Below, one piece after another: positions 27,187 to 36,916 of a DNA stretch of 64,000 bases (within the stretch, counting starts at the first letter, position 1; every line of letters starts with the position of its first letter). Source of the stretch: an uncultured Bacilli bacterium. Its GTDB lineage: Bacteria > Bacillota_I > Bacilli_A > RF39 > UBA660. The notes beneath the pieces are model-generated. The model worked only from the letters and a program-made list of their open reading frames with translations. It ran no database searches and was not told where the DNA came from. Made by a program: the position numbers and the translations under genes. The stretch is taken from the NCBI GenBank assembly GCA_947632545.1, contig CANRPP010000002.1:2057-66056 (forward strand), read 5' to 3'.

Positions 27187-28980
27187 TTAATTTGTAATTG
27201 TATAAGGCTCTGATATTGTACCTTTTCCATTTTTTACTATAACATTTTTATTTAAATAACCTACTACTCTTATTTCAAATTCAGATTCTTTATTATATTT
27301 ACCACAATAAATATTTTTATTTAATGACATCGCACAACTAATATTAGAATCTGTTGAATGATTTTGATACCAATAATTTGTGTCAGTAACACTGGTTCCA
27401 AATAAATCATACATATTTGGTAAGTGAAGTTTAGATGTATATGTCTTATTTGCTATTTTACCATTATAACTAATATTTTTATTATAATTTAATGTTTCTA
27501 TTTTTTCTTTTTTGAATAATGTTGTTTTTATATTAGATGTTAATTCATTATTTAATTTATATCCTATATTTTCTTTTTCACTAGTACTATAATTTATTTT
27601 AGTTTTATTTGTATAATTGGAATCATATTCTTCAACAACATCATCCATAATTATTTTTGTTGTATTATCTTCTTCTTTTCCTATAACTCTCCAATTATAA
27701 CCAGAATATGAAATATAATCTCCAGATTTAGCATTTGATATACTATCGCCTGTTTTTAAAGTATTGACATTACCTTTTAAAACATATGGATTATCTGTAT
27801 TTCCATTTCCTGTAGTTATATAAGAATCCTTTTTAATATTTAAAACCGGATATATAACTAAATTTAAATTATTACTTTCTTTCAAATATTTTTCTTCCAT
27901 ACCAAATGTTATTGTTTTTTCTGTAGATGCTGGATTACTTGTCCATGTTTTTGATAAACTTCCTACATTATAACTATCATCTGATGATTTAGAATTATTT
28001 ATATCTGCAACTGATAGTAACCCTACTTTTTTCTTTTTTCTTGCATAGCTATTACATTTTGTATAATCTTTAGGATTAGATATTTTTTCATCACACCATT
28101 TACTATCTACTATATATTCTTTAGCGCTATCAGAAAGTTTATTGTAGAAATAATCGTTTAACCACTCATCAACACTATTATAATCTACTGCTGCTAATGG
28201 ATCAGTAGAAACTACTTTTACTGTTTCATCATCATTAAGTCCTACTATTTTAAATAATATACCATCTAGTTTAATATAATTGTTTTCATTTGTTCCTTTA
28301 TATACATTATTAGTCTTTTTAGTTTCTTTTTTTACTATTTTATCTAATACTTGCTCTACTTTTACTGTCCTTATTTTTATAGTTTCATTATTAAAACTAT
28401 CTCTTACTTTATATGTAACCTCATATGTTCCATTTTTATTTGTATTTACTTTAGATGTATCTATAGTAACTTCACTTGTTTTTATATTACCATCAGTATC
28501 ATCAACTACACTTTTTACACCTAAATCTTTATATTTATCACCTTTTTCTATAGTAATAATATCATTACCATTTAAAGTAATTTCTGGTCCTTTATGATCA
28601 ACTTTTGATGATAAGATTCCACATTTTAAATATACATAATATTTATATTTGTTATCTTCTTTTCTAACTTTTCCCCATGATAATTTAGAATCACATTCTT
28701 TAGAAGTATATGGTGATCTTAAATCCTCACTTATTAAATCTTTATCATATAATTTTTGTAGTGTTACTGTTCTTATTTTTTCACCTGTTGGTAATAGACT
28801 ATTATTTATTTCATAATATCTTTTAGTAGCCTCTCTTACTTTTTCTTCTGCTTTTTTAAATTTAAGTAATGGACTTGCTATTAAAAACCATATAATCAAT
28901 AATATTACTACTACAATAATTATTATTTTTATATTTTTACTTTTTTTATCTAAATCTTTATCATTTGATTTACTATTCAT
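27187..28980 (-). CDS. membrane-anchored surface protein, paralogous in N- and C-terminal motifs to 4906..6207
   Basis: Transmembrane segment IIIIVVVILLIIWFLIA; motif C..GKV..(Y.Y.YLKCG); C-terminal KNGKGTISEPYTITN. Confidence 0.5.
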   Translation of the reverse strand: MNSKSNDKDLDKKSKNIKIIIIVVVILLIIWFLIASPLLKFKKAEEKVREATKRYYEINNSLLPTGEKIRTVTLQKLYDKDLISEDLRSPYTSKECDSKLSWGKVRKEDNKYKYYVYLKCGILSSKVDHKGPEITLNGNDIITIEKGDKYKDLGVKSVVDDTDGNIKTSEVTIDTSKVNTNKNGTYEVTYKVRDSFNNETIKIRTVKVEQVLDKIVKKETKKTNNVYKGTNENNYIKLDGILFKIVGLNDDETVKVVSTDPLAAVDYNSVDEWLNDYFYNKLSDSAKEYIVDSKWCDEKISNPKDYTKCNSYARKKKKVGLLSVADINNSKSSDDSYNVGSLSKTWTSNPASTEKTITFGMEEKYLKESNNLNLVIYPVLNIKKDSYITTGNGNTDNPYVLKGNVNTLKTGDSISNAKSGDYISYSGYNWRVIGKEEDNTTKIIMDDVVEEYDSNYTNKTKINYSTSEKENIGYKLNNELTSNIKTTLFKKEKIETLNYNKNISYNGKIANKTYTSKLHLPNMYDLFGTSVTDTNYWYQNHSTDSNISCAMSLNKNIYCGKYNKESEFEIRVVGYLNKNVIVKNGKGTISEPYTITN

Positions 28981-28989
28981 ATTTATCTC

Positions 28990-30552
28990 CTATCTTATTT
29001 TATAATAATATTTTTGATTTCTAACTGTATATATAATTTCTATATCTTTTGATTTTTCTATTTCACTTGGAACTTTAATATATACATATTTTCCTAAATA
29101 ATCTTTATTTTGCAGTGAATCTTTAATTTTTATTTCCTTGGCTATATTCTCACTATCTATATATTTAATTTTACCATAACTAGAAGAAAAGTCAATTAAA
29201 TTTTGGCCTTCATAATTATCTGACGAAAACTCTATTTTTAAATTTTTATAATTAGGGTCTGCTGCAATTGTTTTTGTTTTTATCTCACATATATCATTAG
29301 CATCACATGATTCAATATTATATTCTGAATTATCTTCTATAACTACTTTTTCAAAAGTAATATTTTCTTCATCACCATTTGGAAATTTTATAGTCATTTC
29401 TTTACCTATTTTTTTACTAGGATTTATATTAATTTCAGAAACATCTATTAGTTTAAGTTTAATTTTTCTTAAATATTGTTTTTTAGAATTTTTATATTGT
29501 TGGTAATATAAAACAAAATTATTTTTATTTAAGTTCTTATCAACTTTAAATACCATTGCAAAGGTTCTTTTTTCTCCTTTATTAAAAGCTCTATTACTAT
29601 AACTATTACCAATATCATCAAAGTTTTTAGAATACATTCCTTCTGAAAATGTTATATCTTTATTTCCATTAACTAAATGAAAGTTATTTGAATCTAATTC
29701 TCTTTGTCCACTATTATTTATAATAGTCATATTAAGTATTACAAAGCTACTATTTTTTTCTATAATATTTCCTGTTTTATCTTTATTTGTATAATAGCTT
29801 TTATTTATTGTTATAGTATATCCGTTAGCATTTAAGTTTTTAGTTTCTTTTATAGTCTTATGAGCTATACCAAAATAGTAATAAGTATAACCAATTAAAG
29901 ATATTCCTGCTACTGAAATAACAATATTCATAATGAATTTATGTTCTTCATAGAAATAACCAATTAATCTTAATACTTTTTTATAACTTCTCTTAAATCC
30001 TTCTTTATCTATATTAATATTTATTTCAAATTCTTCTCTATCATTTTTCTCTAAATCAAGGAATTCTTGATCATTTTTAAATCCAAATTTATTTAAATCA
30101 AGTCCTGTAATTCTAATAAATAAAACTATAAATGATACATATTGTGGTAATGTTGCTAAAAATAAAAAGTCATGTATCGCTCTTGCAGGCGCAGATGTTG
30201 CTAATTCTCCTTTTGAAAAATAGCTTTGAGTATAACTAAATATTAAAAATACTGCAAAATAAGTTAATAATAAAATTATATATGATTTCCATGGTTTATT
30301 TTTTCTTTTTAATAGTACTATTAATGTTATAACTATAGCAATAATTAAAATAACAGCTATATAAAATAATAAACTAGTATATTGGGTTATAGGTTCTAAC
30401 TCTGGATCATAACTTAAGTATTTTGTAAATTCATTTATAAATCCAGTTAATTGAGATGTTTTATAATATATAAAAATACATAATAGAAGTAAGATAATAT
30501 GTATCTTTTTAAAATTTTTTATTAAAAATGCATATGGTTTTCTAAATATCAT
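28990..30552 (-). CDS. polytopic membrane protein with large extracytoplasmic C-terminal domain; first gene of the island
   Basis: 5-6 N-terminal transmembrane helices then about 300 aa hydrophilic. AGGAGGGA ribosome-binding site. Confidence 0.45.
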   Translation of the reverse strand: MIFRKPYAFLIKNFKKIHIILLLLCIFIYYKTSQLTGFINEFTKYLSYDPELEPITQYTSLLFYIAVILIIAIVITLIVLLKRKNKPWKSYIILLLTYFAVFLIFSYTQSYFSKGELATSAPARAIHDFLFLATLPQYVSFIVLFIRITGLDLNKFGFKNDQEFLDLEKNDREEFEININIDKEGFKRSYKKVLRLIGYFYEEHKFIMNIVISVAGISLIGYTYYYFGIAHKTIKETKNLNANGYTITINKSYYTNKDKTGNIIEKNSSFVILNMTIINNSGQRELDSNNFHLVNGNKDITFSEGMYSKNFDDIGNSYSNRAFNKGEKRTFAMVFKVDKNLNKNNFVLYYQQYKNSKKQYLRKIKLKLIDVSEININPSKKIGKEMTIKFPNGDEENITFEKVVIEDNSEYNIESCDANDICEIKTKTIAADPNYKNLKIEFSSDNYEGQNLIDFSSSYGKIKYIDSENIAKEIKIKDSLQNKDYLGKYVYIKVPSEIEKSKDIEIIYTVRNQKYYYKIR

Positions 30553-30601
30553 TTATATCCCTCCTATTATCCTATCTTTTTATATTATAACTTATTTATA
30601 C

Positions 30602-30631
30602 AAAAAATAAAAGATATTTGCTCAATATCTC
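30602..30631 (-). terminator. intrinsic terminator after trmL
   Basis: Stem AGATATT / AATATCT with loop TGCTC, followed on the minus strand by TTATTTTTT. Confidence 0.55.
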
Positions 30632-31156
30632 TTATTTTTCTAAATAGTCTTCTCCTTTATGTGGTTCTACTCTTAATAAATCATTATAATCTTGTTGACG
30701 CAATACTTCATATATAACAATAGCTGCACAATTTGATAGATTTAAGGCACGTACATCTTTGGTCATAGGTATTCTCATACAATATTCTAAATTATCTTTT
30801 AAGATTTCTTTTGGTATTCCTGTAGATTCTTTTCCAAAGATAAAGTATAACTCTTCATTATTTTTATTTTCATAATTAAAACTTGTATGTGGTTTTTTAC
30901 CATACCTTGTAAAGTAGTAATATATACCTTTATTTTTAGATTTAAAGTCTTCAAAATCTTCATATATTTCATAATTTAATTTATCCATATAATTTGCACT
31001 ACTTCTTTTTAGGTGAGCATCATCTAAAATAAAACCTAATGGTTTAATTAAATGTAATTTAGTATTAGTAGCTACACAAGTTCTCATAATATTACCTGTA
31101 TTTTGAGGTATTTCAGGTTGATATAAAACTATATTATTCATAATTAATTCCTCCAA
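30632..31156 (-). CDS. trmL: SpoU/TrmL-type tRNA 2'-O-methyltransferase
   Basis: About 170 aa; SPOUT-family motifs (NTGNIMRTC, FGKESTGIP). Confidence 0.65.
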   Translation of the reverse strand: MEELIMNNIVLYQPEIPQNTGNIMRTCVATNTKLHLIKPLGFILDDAHLKRSSANYMDKLNYEIYEDFEDFKSKNKGIYYYFTRYGKKPHTSFNYENKNNEELYFIFGKESTGIPKEILKDNLEYCMRIPMTKDVRALNLSNCAAIVIYEVLRQQDYNDLLRVEPHKGEDYLEK

Positions 31157-31165
31157 AAAAGGAGA

Positions 31166-31687
31166 TTACTCTCCTACTTTATTTTCTTTTAATATTTTAT
31201 CTACTTCACTAATAGTTAATTTGTCATCTTTACTACCTTGTACCATATCTACTATAACTCCATCTTTAAATACTATTAGGGCAGGATAATTATTCTTTAA
31301 TTCTTTTTTATATTTATATGTATTATTAAATCTATTTGTAAATTCTTTTGTAGATGTATCACTTAAATTTACATATGTAATTGCCTCTTCTAATGATTTT
31401 TTAGTAATTAACTTTTTAAAATTCTTTTCAAACTTTCTACATTTATCACTACTTGCAGTACATAAATAAATTACAACATCTGAATTTTCTTGTATATAGT
31501 GATCTGCTTCATCACTATTTATTTCTAATAGTGTATCTCTAATAACAGGGATTTCTTTTTGATATTCATTATATGCTTTATACCAACTGTATAAATACCA
31601 TATTAGTAAAAACATCGCTATGAATATAATAGTTAATATAACATAATTTTTAGTAGGTATTTTTCTTAATTCATCTTTTTTAGTCAT
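31166..31687 (-). CDS. membrane-anchored thioredoxin-like protein (hypothetical)
   Basis: Transmembrane segment then a domain with a YLCTASSDKC motif. Start assigned at MTKK, which follows a GGGAGAG ribosome-binding site. Confidence 0.4.
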   Translation of the reverse strand: MTKKDELRKIPTKNYVILTIIFIAMFLLIWYLYSWYKAYNEYQKEIPVIRDTLLEINSDEADHYIQENSDVVIYLCTASSDKCRKFEKNFKKLITKKSLEEAITYVNLSDTSTKEFTNRFNNTYKYKKELKNNYPALIVFKDGVIVDMVQGSKDDKLTISEVDKILKENKVGE

Positions 31688-31752
31688 ATTACCACTCTCC
31701 CTATAATTATATTTTATCACAAATTTATATAATTAGTAATAATAAAATAATA

Positions 31753-33903
31753 TTATGTAAATTGCTTTACAGTATCAATAATTTCAGATTCATCTTCATC
31801 ATAAAAATCTAATCTTTTTATAAATTTAAATTTATATGAAGTATTTCTCTTTTCATAATTTAAAATATGAGTTAAATTATTTTTATAGTATACTTTAAAG
31901 CATCTTTTTCTTTTATCAATTAGATCATAATTATAATTTTTATCTAAATTAAGAATATTACCTTTTATAATCATATTCTCTACTCTACCATATACTAATA
32001 TTTCTAAAGGAGGAAAAAACCTAAATTTATCTATAAAATTATTATATAGATTTTTTATTTCATCACTATTTAATTCAACTGATACTGGAATAGTTTTTAA
32101 TCCATTTAATAATAAGTAATATGCAGTATAAATATTATATACATTTAATGAATAGTTACCTATTAAATTTTTATTATTAAAATCTAGATATTCACTTATT
32201 AAACTATTTTTAACAAGATTAGATTCTATATTAAATTGATTTCTATCTAACATATAGTATATTTTTTCATTATCTTTATATTTATTGTATAGATCTAAAT
32301 CATTTATATATATTCTTTTAAAATCTAATTTAAGGCATGTTAGTAGTTGTTTTTCATTATTAATGCTACATACTAAATAGTTATTATTACTATTAATATC
32401 TAACTTGTTAAATATAACTTTATTCCTTTTTATATTTCTTTTACTATAACTTCTATTATTGATTAATTTATCTACTGCTTTTCTTCTTAATTCATTTATC
32501 TCTTTTATAGGTATAAATATATTATCTGAAATATCTATAATAATATCATTACAACTAAATGGAGTATTACCTAACTTTAATAAATGCTTTTTTATATCTT
32601 CTTTTGTTATAGGATAATTTTTAGCAGATAAAACGACATTTCCTTCTACTTCTACTTTATTACAATTATCTTCTAATATGACTTTTATTTTATTATTTTT
32701 AATTGCTTTAAAAGATATTTTTATATCTATCTTTTTTAAATTATATTTATTTAAGGAGTTTACTAACTTATAATCTAAAGTTTTAAAAACACTATCTTTT
32801 GTAGTTAGGCCTATTTTATTATCTATATATACTATATCATTTGATGAAGATATTAATTTATTATTTTTATCATATAAATAATTAACTATTAAACCTTTTT
32901 TACTTTCCATAAATCTAATTCCATCGAATTGGTTTAATTCTTTAGTTAATTTAATTTTTATTTTAGATTTAGTAATATCTATAACTTTACCTATTTCTAA
33001 ACCTATATGATTAGGAGTATCAATATTCATTATAGAACTACTATTAAATAAATGACCAGTAGTAAAACTTCTATTATAAATTGTTTTTAATTTATCTAAT
33101 TCATCTTCTATATTAAATTTTTCTTTATCTATTAATTTTCTATAAAATTTTGTTATAAATCCAACATATTCAGGACTTTTCATTCTTCCTTCTATTTTAA
33201 AACTTTTTATATTACTTTTTAATAGTTTATCAAAATCATAACTTGTATTTAATTCTTTAGTACTTAATAAATATTTATCTTTTATAATTGTTTTATTATC
33301 TTTTACTAAATCGTATTTTAATCTACAACTTCCCGCACATTCTCCACGATTTCCACTACGAGTACCTATCATACTACTCATTAAGCAATTTCCTGAATAT
33401 GATATACATAATGCTCCATGAATAAATACTTCAAGCTCTATAGGAATATCTATTTTTTCTATTTCTTCTAGAGTTAATTCACGAGATAATACTACTCTTT
33501 TTACACCTAAATTATAAAACATTTTAATAGTATCTATACTAGAATTATTTGTTTGAGTTGAGGCATGTATTTCTAATTTTGGATACATTCTTCTTACTAA
33601 ATTAATCATTCCAAAATCTTGCATTAATATAGCATCTACTCCATTTGAATATAAAAAATGTACTTGATTTAAGAACTCTTCTACTTCGTTATCTTTTACT
33701 AAAGTATTCATAGTTACATATACTTTTACTCCATATAAGTGAGCAGTTTTTATAGCATCAACTACTTCTTCATTAGAAAAATTTTTGGAATACGCTCGTG
33801 CACCAAATTTTTTTAAACCTAAATAAACAGCATCCGCACCATTATGTATAGCTTGATATAAACATTCCATATCTCCAGCAGGAGATAATAATTCATGTAC
33901 CAT
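31753..33903 (-). CDS. peptidase U32 family protein (PrtC collagenase-like) with long C-terminal extension
   Basis: N-terminus MVHELLSPAGD..AIHNGADAVYLG is the U32 signature. Also E..GALCISYSGNC. Confidence 0.75.
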   Translation of the reverse strand: MVHELLSPAGDMECLYQAIHNGADAVYLGLKKFGARAYSKNFSNEEVVDAIKTAHLYGVKVYVTMNTLVKDNEVEEFLNQVHFLYSNGVDAILMQDFGMINLVRRMYPKLEIHASTQTNNSSIDTIKMFYNLGVKRVVLSRELTLEEIEKIDIPIELEVFIHGALCISYSGNCLMSSMIGTRSGNRGECAGSCRLKYDLVKDNKTIIKDKYLLSTKELNTSYDFDKLLKSNIKSFKIEGRMKSPEYVGFITKFYRKLIDKEKFNIEDELDKLKTIYNRSFTTGHLFNSSSIMNIDTPNHIGLEIGKVIDITKSKIKIKLTKELNQFDGIRFMESKKGLIVNYLYDKNNKLISSSNDIVYIDNKIGLTTKDSVFKTLDYKLVNSLNKYNLKKIDIKISFKAIKNNKIKVILEDNCNKVEVEGNVVLSAKNYPITKEDIKKHLLKLGNTPFSCNDIIIDISDNIFIPIKEINELRRKAVDKLINNRSYSKRNIKRNKVIFNKLDINSNNNYLVCSINNEKQLLTCLKLDFKRIYINDLDLYNKYKDNEKIYYMLDRNQFNIESNLVKNSLISEYLDFNNKNLIGNYSLNVYNIYTAYYLLLNGLKTIPVSVELNSDEIKNLYNNFIDKFRFFPPLEILVYGRVENMIIKGNILNLDKNYNYDLIDKRKRCFKVYYKNNLTHILNYEKRNTSYKFKFIKRLDFYDEDESEIIDTVKQFT

Positions 33904-33976
33904 AATATACACCTCTATTTATAATTATAATAACATATTAGAAATTAAATATAAATTATTTAGCATATATTTTATT

Positions 33977-34336
33977 ATGAATAGTAATAATTTGTATTTA
34001 ATTAGACGACTTAATTTTGAGAATTTAATATGGATAGTATTCATAATAATATCTTTATTTGATATTTATGGAGATGAATTAATTAAAAAAAATTTAAGAT
34101 ATAATGATAAAATAGCTTTAAAAAAAGCTAATAAATTATTTTTAAATATAACTATATTTTCTATATTAATATATATTTATTTTTTTATGAGAAATTATAG
34201 TGATTATAAAAGATATAAAAATGAAAGTTATGAAGTAAGGCTTGTAGGTAGTACTTTTATTTTAATTGGAACTTTATGTTTTTTATATTTTCAAATTAAA
34301 AATAATGACCCTATTGATTCAACTTCCAATGTCTGA
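33977..34336 (+). CDS. small two-transmembrane membrane protein, paralogue A
   Basis: Shares IYIYFF and LxGSTxILI..FLY blocks with 34662..35033. Confidence 0.4.
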   Translation: MNSNNLYLIRRLNFENLIWIVFIIISLFDIYGDELIKKNLRYNDKIALKKANKLFLNITIFSILIYIYFFMRNYSDYKRYKNESYEVRLVGSTFILIGTLCFLYFQIKNNDPIDSTSNV

Positions 34337-34609
34337 TTTTAATTCTTCTATTTCTTTATTTAGAGCATCTACCATTTTTTTTAATAATTTTATACTTTGT
34401 TCACTACTAATATTATTCATATTATTTCCACTTCTTTCTTGTTGCACTTGTTTATAAAATGCATTTGTACATAAAACTTGTGCTGTTAACATTAACCAAT
34501 TTCCTAAAGCATTTTGTTCATTTGCAGTTAAATCATCTATTAATAAATAACCTACAACTACAGCACTAAATGAAAATAATTTAGGAGAAATATTAGGAAT
34601 AATATTCAT
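34319..34609 (-). CDS. small protein with N-terminal hydrophobic segment and C-terminal coiled-coil
   Basis: 96-aa ORF between the two paralogues; convergent with and overlapping the paralogue A 3' end. Confidence 0.3.
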   Translation of the reverse strand: MNIIPNISPKLFSFSAVVVGYLLIDDLTANEQNALGNWLMLTAQVLCTNAFYKQVQQERSGNNMNNISSEQSIKLLKKMVDALNKEIEELKSDIGS

Positions 34610-34661
34610 ATAATCACCTATATAATATTATATTATTAAAAGCTATAGAATATATTTTATT

Positions 34662-35033
34662 ATGAATGAAACTTCTAAAAGATTAAAACAAATAAGTACA
34701 GAAAATAAAATATGGGTTATTTATTTATTAATAATAGGATTAAGTTATTATAGTAATTATTTTGAAAAAAATTATTTTTTATATCATAATAATTATGATA
34801 AAGAAACTTATCGAAAAATTACTATACTTATTTTTAGTATTGCAGTAATAATTTATATTTATTTCTTTGTAGATAGTTATAATGATGTATTAGAAAATTA
34901 TAATAATTTAAAAAAGAAAACTTATAGCGAGTTAAGTCTTCTTGGATCTACTTTAATATTAATAAGTGGTATCATATTTTTATATATTGCATTAGCTGAT
35001 AAAGATATTGATGTTGAACTTGCATTTAATTAA
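34662..35033 (+). CDS. small two-transmembrane membrane protein, paralogue B
   Basis: See paralogue A. Confidence 0.4.
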   Translation: MNETSKRLKQISTENKIWVIYLLIIGLSYYSNYFEKNYFLYHNNYDKETYRKITILIFSIAVIIYIYFFVDSYNDVLENYNNLKKKTYSELSLLGSTLILISGIIFLYIALADKDIDVELAFN

Positions 35034-35063
35034 ATAAGATATAAAAAGGACCTGTAGTGATCT

Positions 35064-36164
35064 TTATTTCTTTAAAGATTCTATTTCTTTAATACTAAGT
35101 CCAGTAGATTCTGAAATAATATTTATATCTATATTATTTTTTAATAAAGATTTAGCTATAGATATAGAAGCTTCTTTTTGTCCCTCTATACGTCCTTCTT
35201 TATGTCCTTTTTTACGTCCTTCTATGAGTCCCTCTTTATGCCCTTTCTCTATTCCTTTTCCTATATATTCATCTCTTATTGAATTCTCTATCTTTCTATT
35301 ATCTTCTTCGGCACTCATGTATTCTATATATTCATCTGGTACTACATCTTTTGCTATTTCTTCTATTTTCTTTTTCTCTAACTTTGTTATATCTGATACC
35401 ATATTTTTATCCATTCCTCTTTTTAGTAGAGATTTGGCTACTATTTTTTGTCCTTTTTCTATTCCTTTCCCTATATATTCATCTCTTATTGAATTTTCTA
35501 TCTTTCTATTATCTTCTTCGGCACTCATGTATTCTCTAAACTCTTCTTCTTCATTTACCCTTTCTATTTCACTCATATACTTTAACACCATCCTATCTTT
35601 TTTTGATAGATCCTCTAACTCTTCTGGTTGTAAGTTTAACATCATTATATATTTATTTTTTTCTATCTCTTTTTCATCCTTATTGTACCAAATTTCCATA
35701 TATTTATCCATATTTATTTCATATATTATTAAGTTATTTATATATTTATTTTTATCTTCATCTTGGACCATATATTTTCTTATTAATTCTTTATATTTTA
35801 GTCCATAACTTATATTTATTTGTACTACTAATGTATTCTCATTATATGATTCTCCTTTTTTAGTACTATGGGAATATATATCACATATATATGAAAAGTT
35901 TCTTGGTTTTACATAACTTTCTGTACTTGTATTTACTTCTACTTCTATATATCCTATATTTGTTTTTAAGTTTAGATCTAGATGTTTTCTTTTTACATTT
36001 ACATTATCTACATTTCTTTCTAGATTTAAATATTTTATTTCTTCTATTTTTACTTTTAGAATACTTTCTAATAATTTTTCTAATATATCTTTATTATTTT
36101 CATTCATAAAGACTTCTTTAAATGCTCTGTCATATCTACAGGTATAAAATTTTTCTTTTATCAT
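35064..36164 (-). CDS. Rpn/YhgA-like PD-(D/E)XK nuclease-transposase family protein with repetitive C-terminus
   Basis: N-terminus MIKEKFYTCRYDRAFKEVF... and a conserved block typical of the 'putative transposase/invertase' family common in Clostridia. C-terminal KEG/IEG repeats. Confidence 0.55.
   Translation of the reverse strand: MIKEKFYTCRYDRAFKEVFMNENNKDILEKLLESILKVKIEEIKYLNLERNVDNVNVKRKHLDLNLKTNIGYIEVEVNTSTESYVKPRNFSYICDIYSHSTKKGESYNENTLVVQINISYGLKYKELIRKYMVQDEDKNKYINNLIIYEINMDKYMEIWYNKDEKEIEKNKYIMMLNLQPEELEDLSKKDRMVLKYMSEIERVNEEEEFREYMSAEEDNRKIENSIRDEYIGKGIEKGQKIVAKSLLKRGMDKNMVSDITKLEKKKIEEIAKDVVPDEYIEYMSAEEDNRKIENSIRDEYIGKGIEKGHKEGLIEGRKKGHKEGRIEGQKEASISIAKSLLKNNIDINIISESTGLSIKEIESLKK
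35246..35535. repeat. about 90-nt direct repeat, two copies 210 nt apart, inside the Rpn-like gene
   Basis: 35246..35335 and 35456..35535 are identical except for one base. They encode a duplicated EYMSAEEDNRKIENSIRDEYIGKGIEKG segment. Confidence 0.8.
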
Positions 36165-36253
36165 ATCATTTCTCCTTTTTCTATATATTTTTTCACACTA
36201 AAAAACTCCTTTTGCTTTATTATTTGCAAAAGAAGTTTTTTTCCCTTACTTTT

Positions 36254-36916
36254 TTATATATTTTCTTTAATTAGCTTTATTTCTTTTTTTACTTTATATT
36301 TTCTTAATCTATAATTTTTAGGTAAAAGTTCTAATATTATTTCTCTAGATTTTAATTCTTTTTTATAATATTCTTTAAATAATTTATCTTTTTTGGTAAA
36401 AAGTATTGGACCGAAGAAATAATCTTTTTTAGTATACTTTTTCTTACCTCTTTTTAATTTTATTATTTGATATATTATTTTTCCTTCTTTTACTAAAGAT
36501 TCATCTTCTATATAAAAACCAATACTTGTAAAAAAACGTCTTACATCCTCTTGATAATTATTTGGAGATAGAATTATAGTATTTATTTTTTTTACAATAC
36601 TAGGTTTATATTTAAATATTCCTATTATAGTTCTTCCACCCATACCTGATACTATTACTGTATTAATATCATCAGTATAAGTATCTAGACCATCTCCTAA
36701 TCTAGTATCTATTTTATCTTCCAGATTATATTTTTTGATATTTTCTTTAGCATTTTTAAGTGGTCCTTCTTTAATATCAGCTGCAACTGCTTTTTTTACT
36801 TTACCTTCCTTCACTAGATAAATATCAAGTAAAGCATGATCACATCCAATATCTAAAATAGAGGAATTAGCATCTACTAAATCCCCTATTTTTTTTAATC
36901 TATCATTTATTTTCAT
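36254..36916 (-). CDS. trmK: tRNA (adenine22-N1)-methyltransferase TrmK (YqfN-like)
   Basis: SAM-binding motif ILDIGCDHALL; about 220 aa; conserved position downstream of sigA as in Bacillus. Confidence 0.7.
   Translation of the reverse strand: MKINDRLKKIGDLVDANSSILDIGCDHALLDIYLVKEGKVKKAVAADIKEGPLKNAKENIKKYNLEDKIDTRLGDGLDTYTDDINTVIVSGMGGRTIIGIFKYKPSIVKKINTIILSPNNYQEDVRRFFTSIGFYIEDESLVKEGKIIYQIIKLKRGKKKYTKKDYFFGPILFTKKDKLFKEYYKKELKSREIILELLPKNYRLRKYKVKKEIKLIKENI

Noticed and set aside
4873-30600. Interpreting the island as an integrative conjugative element, conjugative plasmid remnant or prophage
   Set aside because: No integrase/recombinase, relaxase, replication initiator, excisionase, or phage structural, terminase or lysis genes are recognisable in any ORF. 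No flanking direct repeats or tRNA were noticed. Both flanks are housekeeping genes.
35224-36109. Four plus-strand ORFs (194, 86, 86 and 72 aa) inside the Rpn-like gene
   Set aside because: They are antisense to a gene with a recognisable N-terminal family signature. They arise from the repeat-rich, AT-rich antisense strand.
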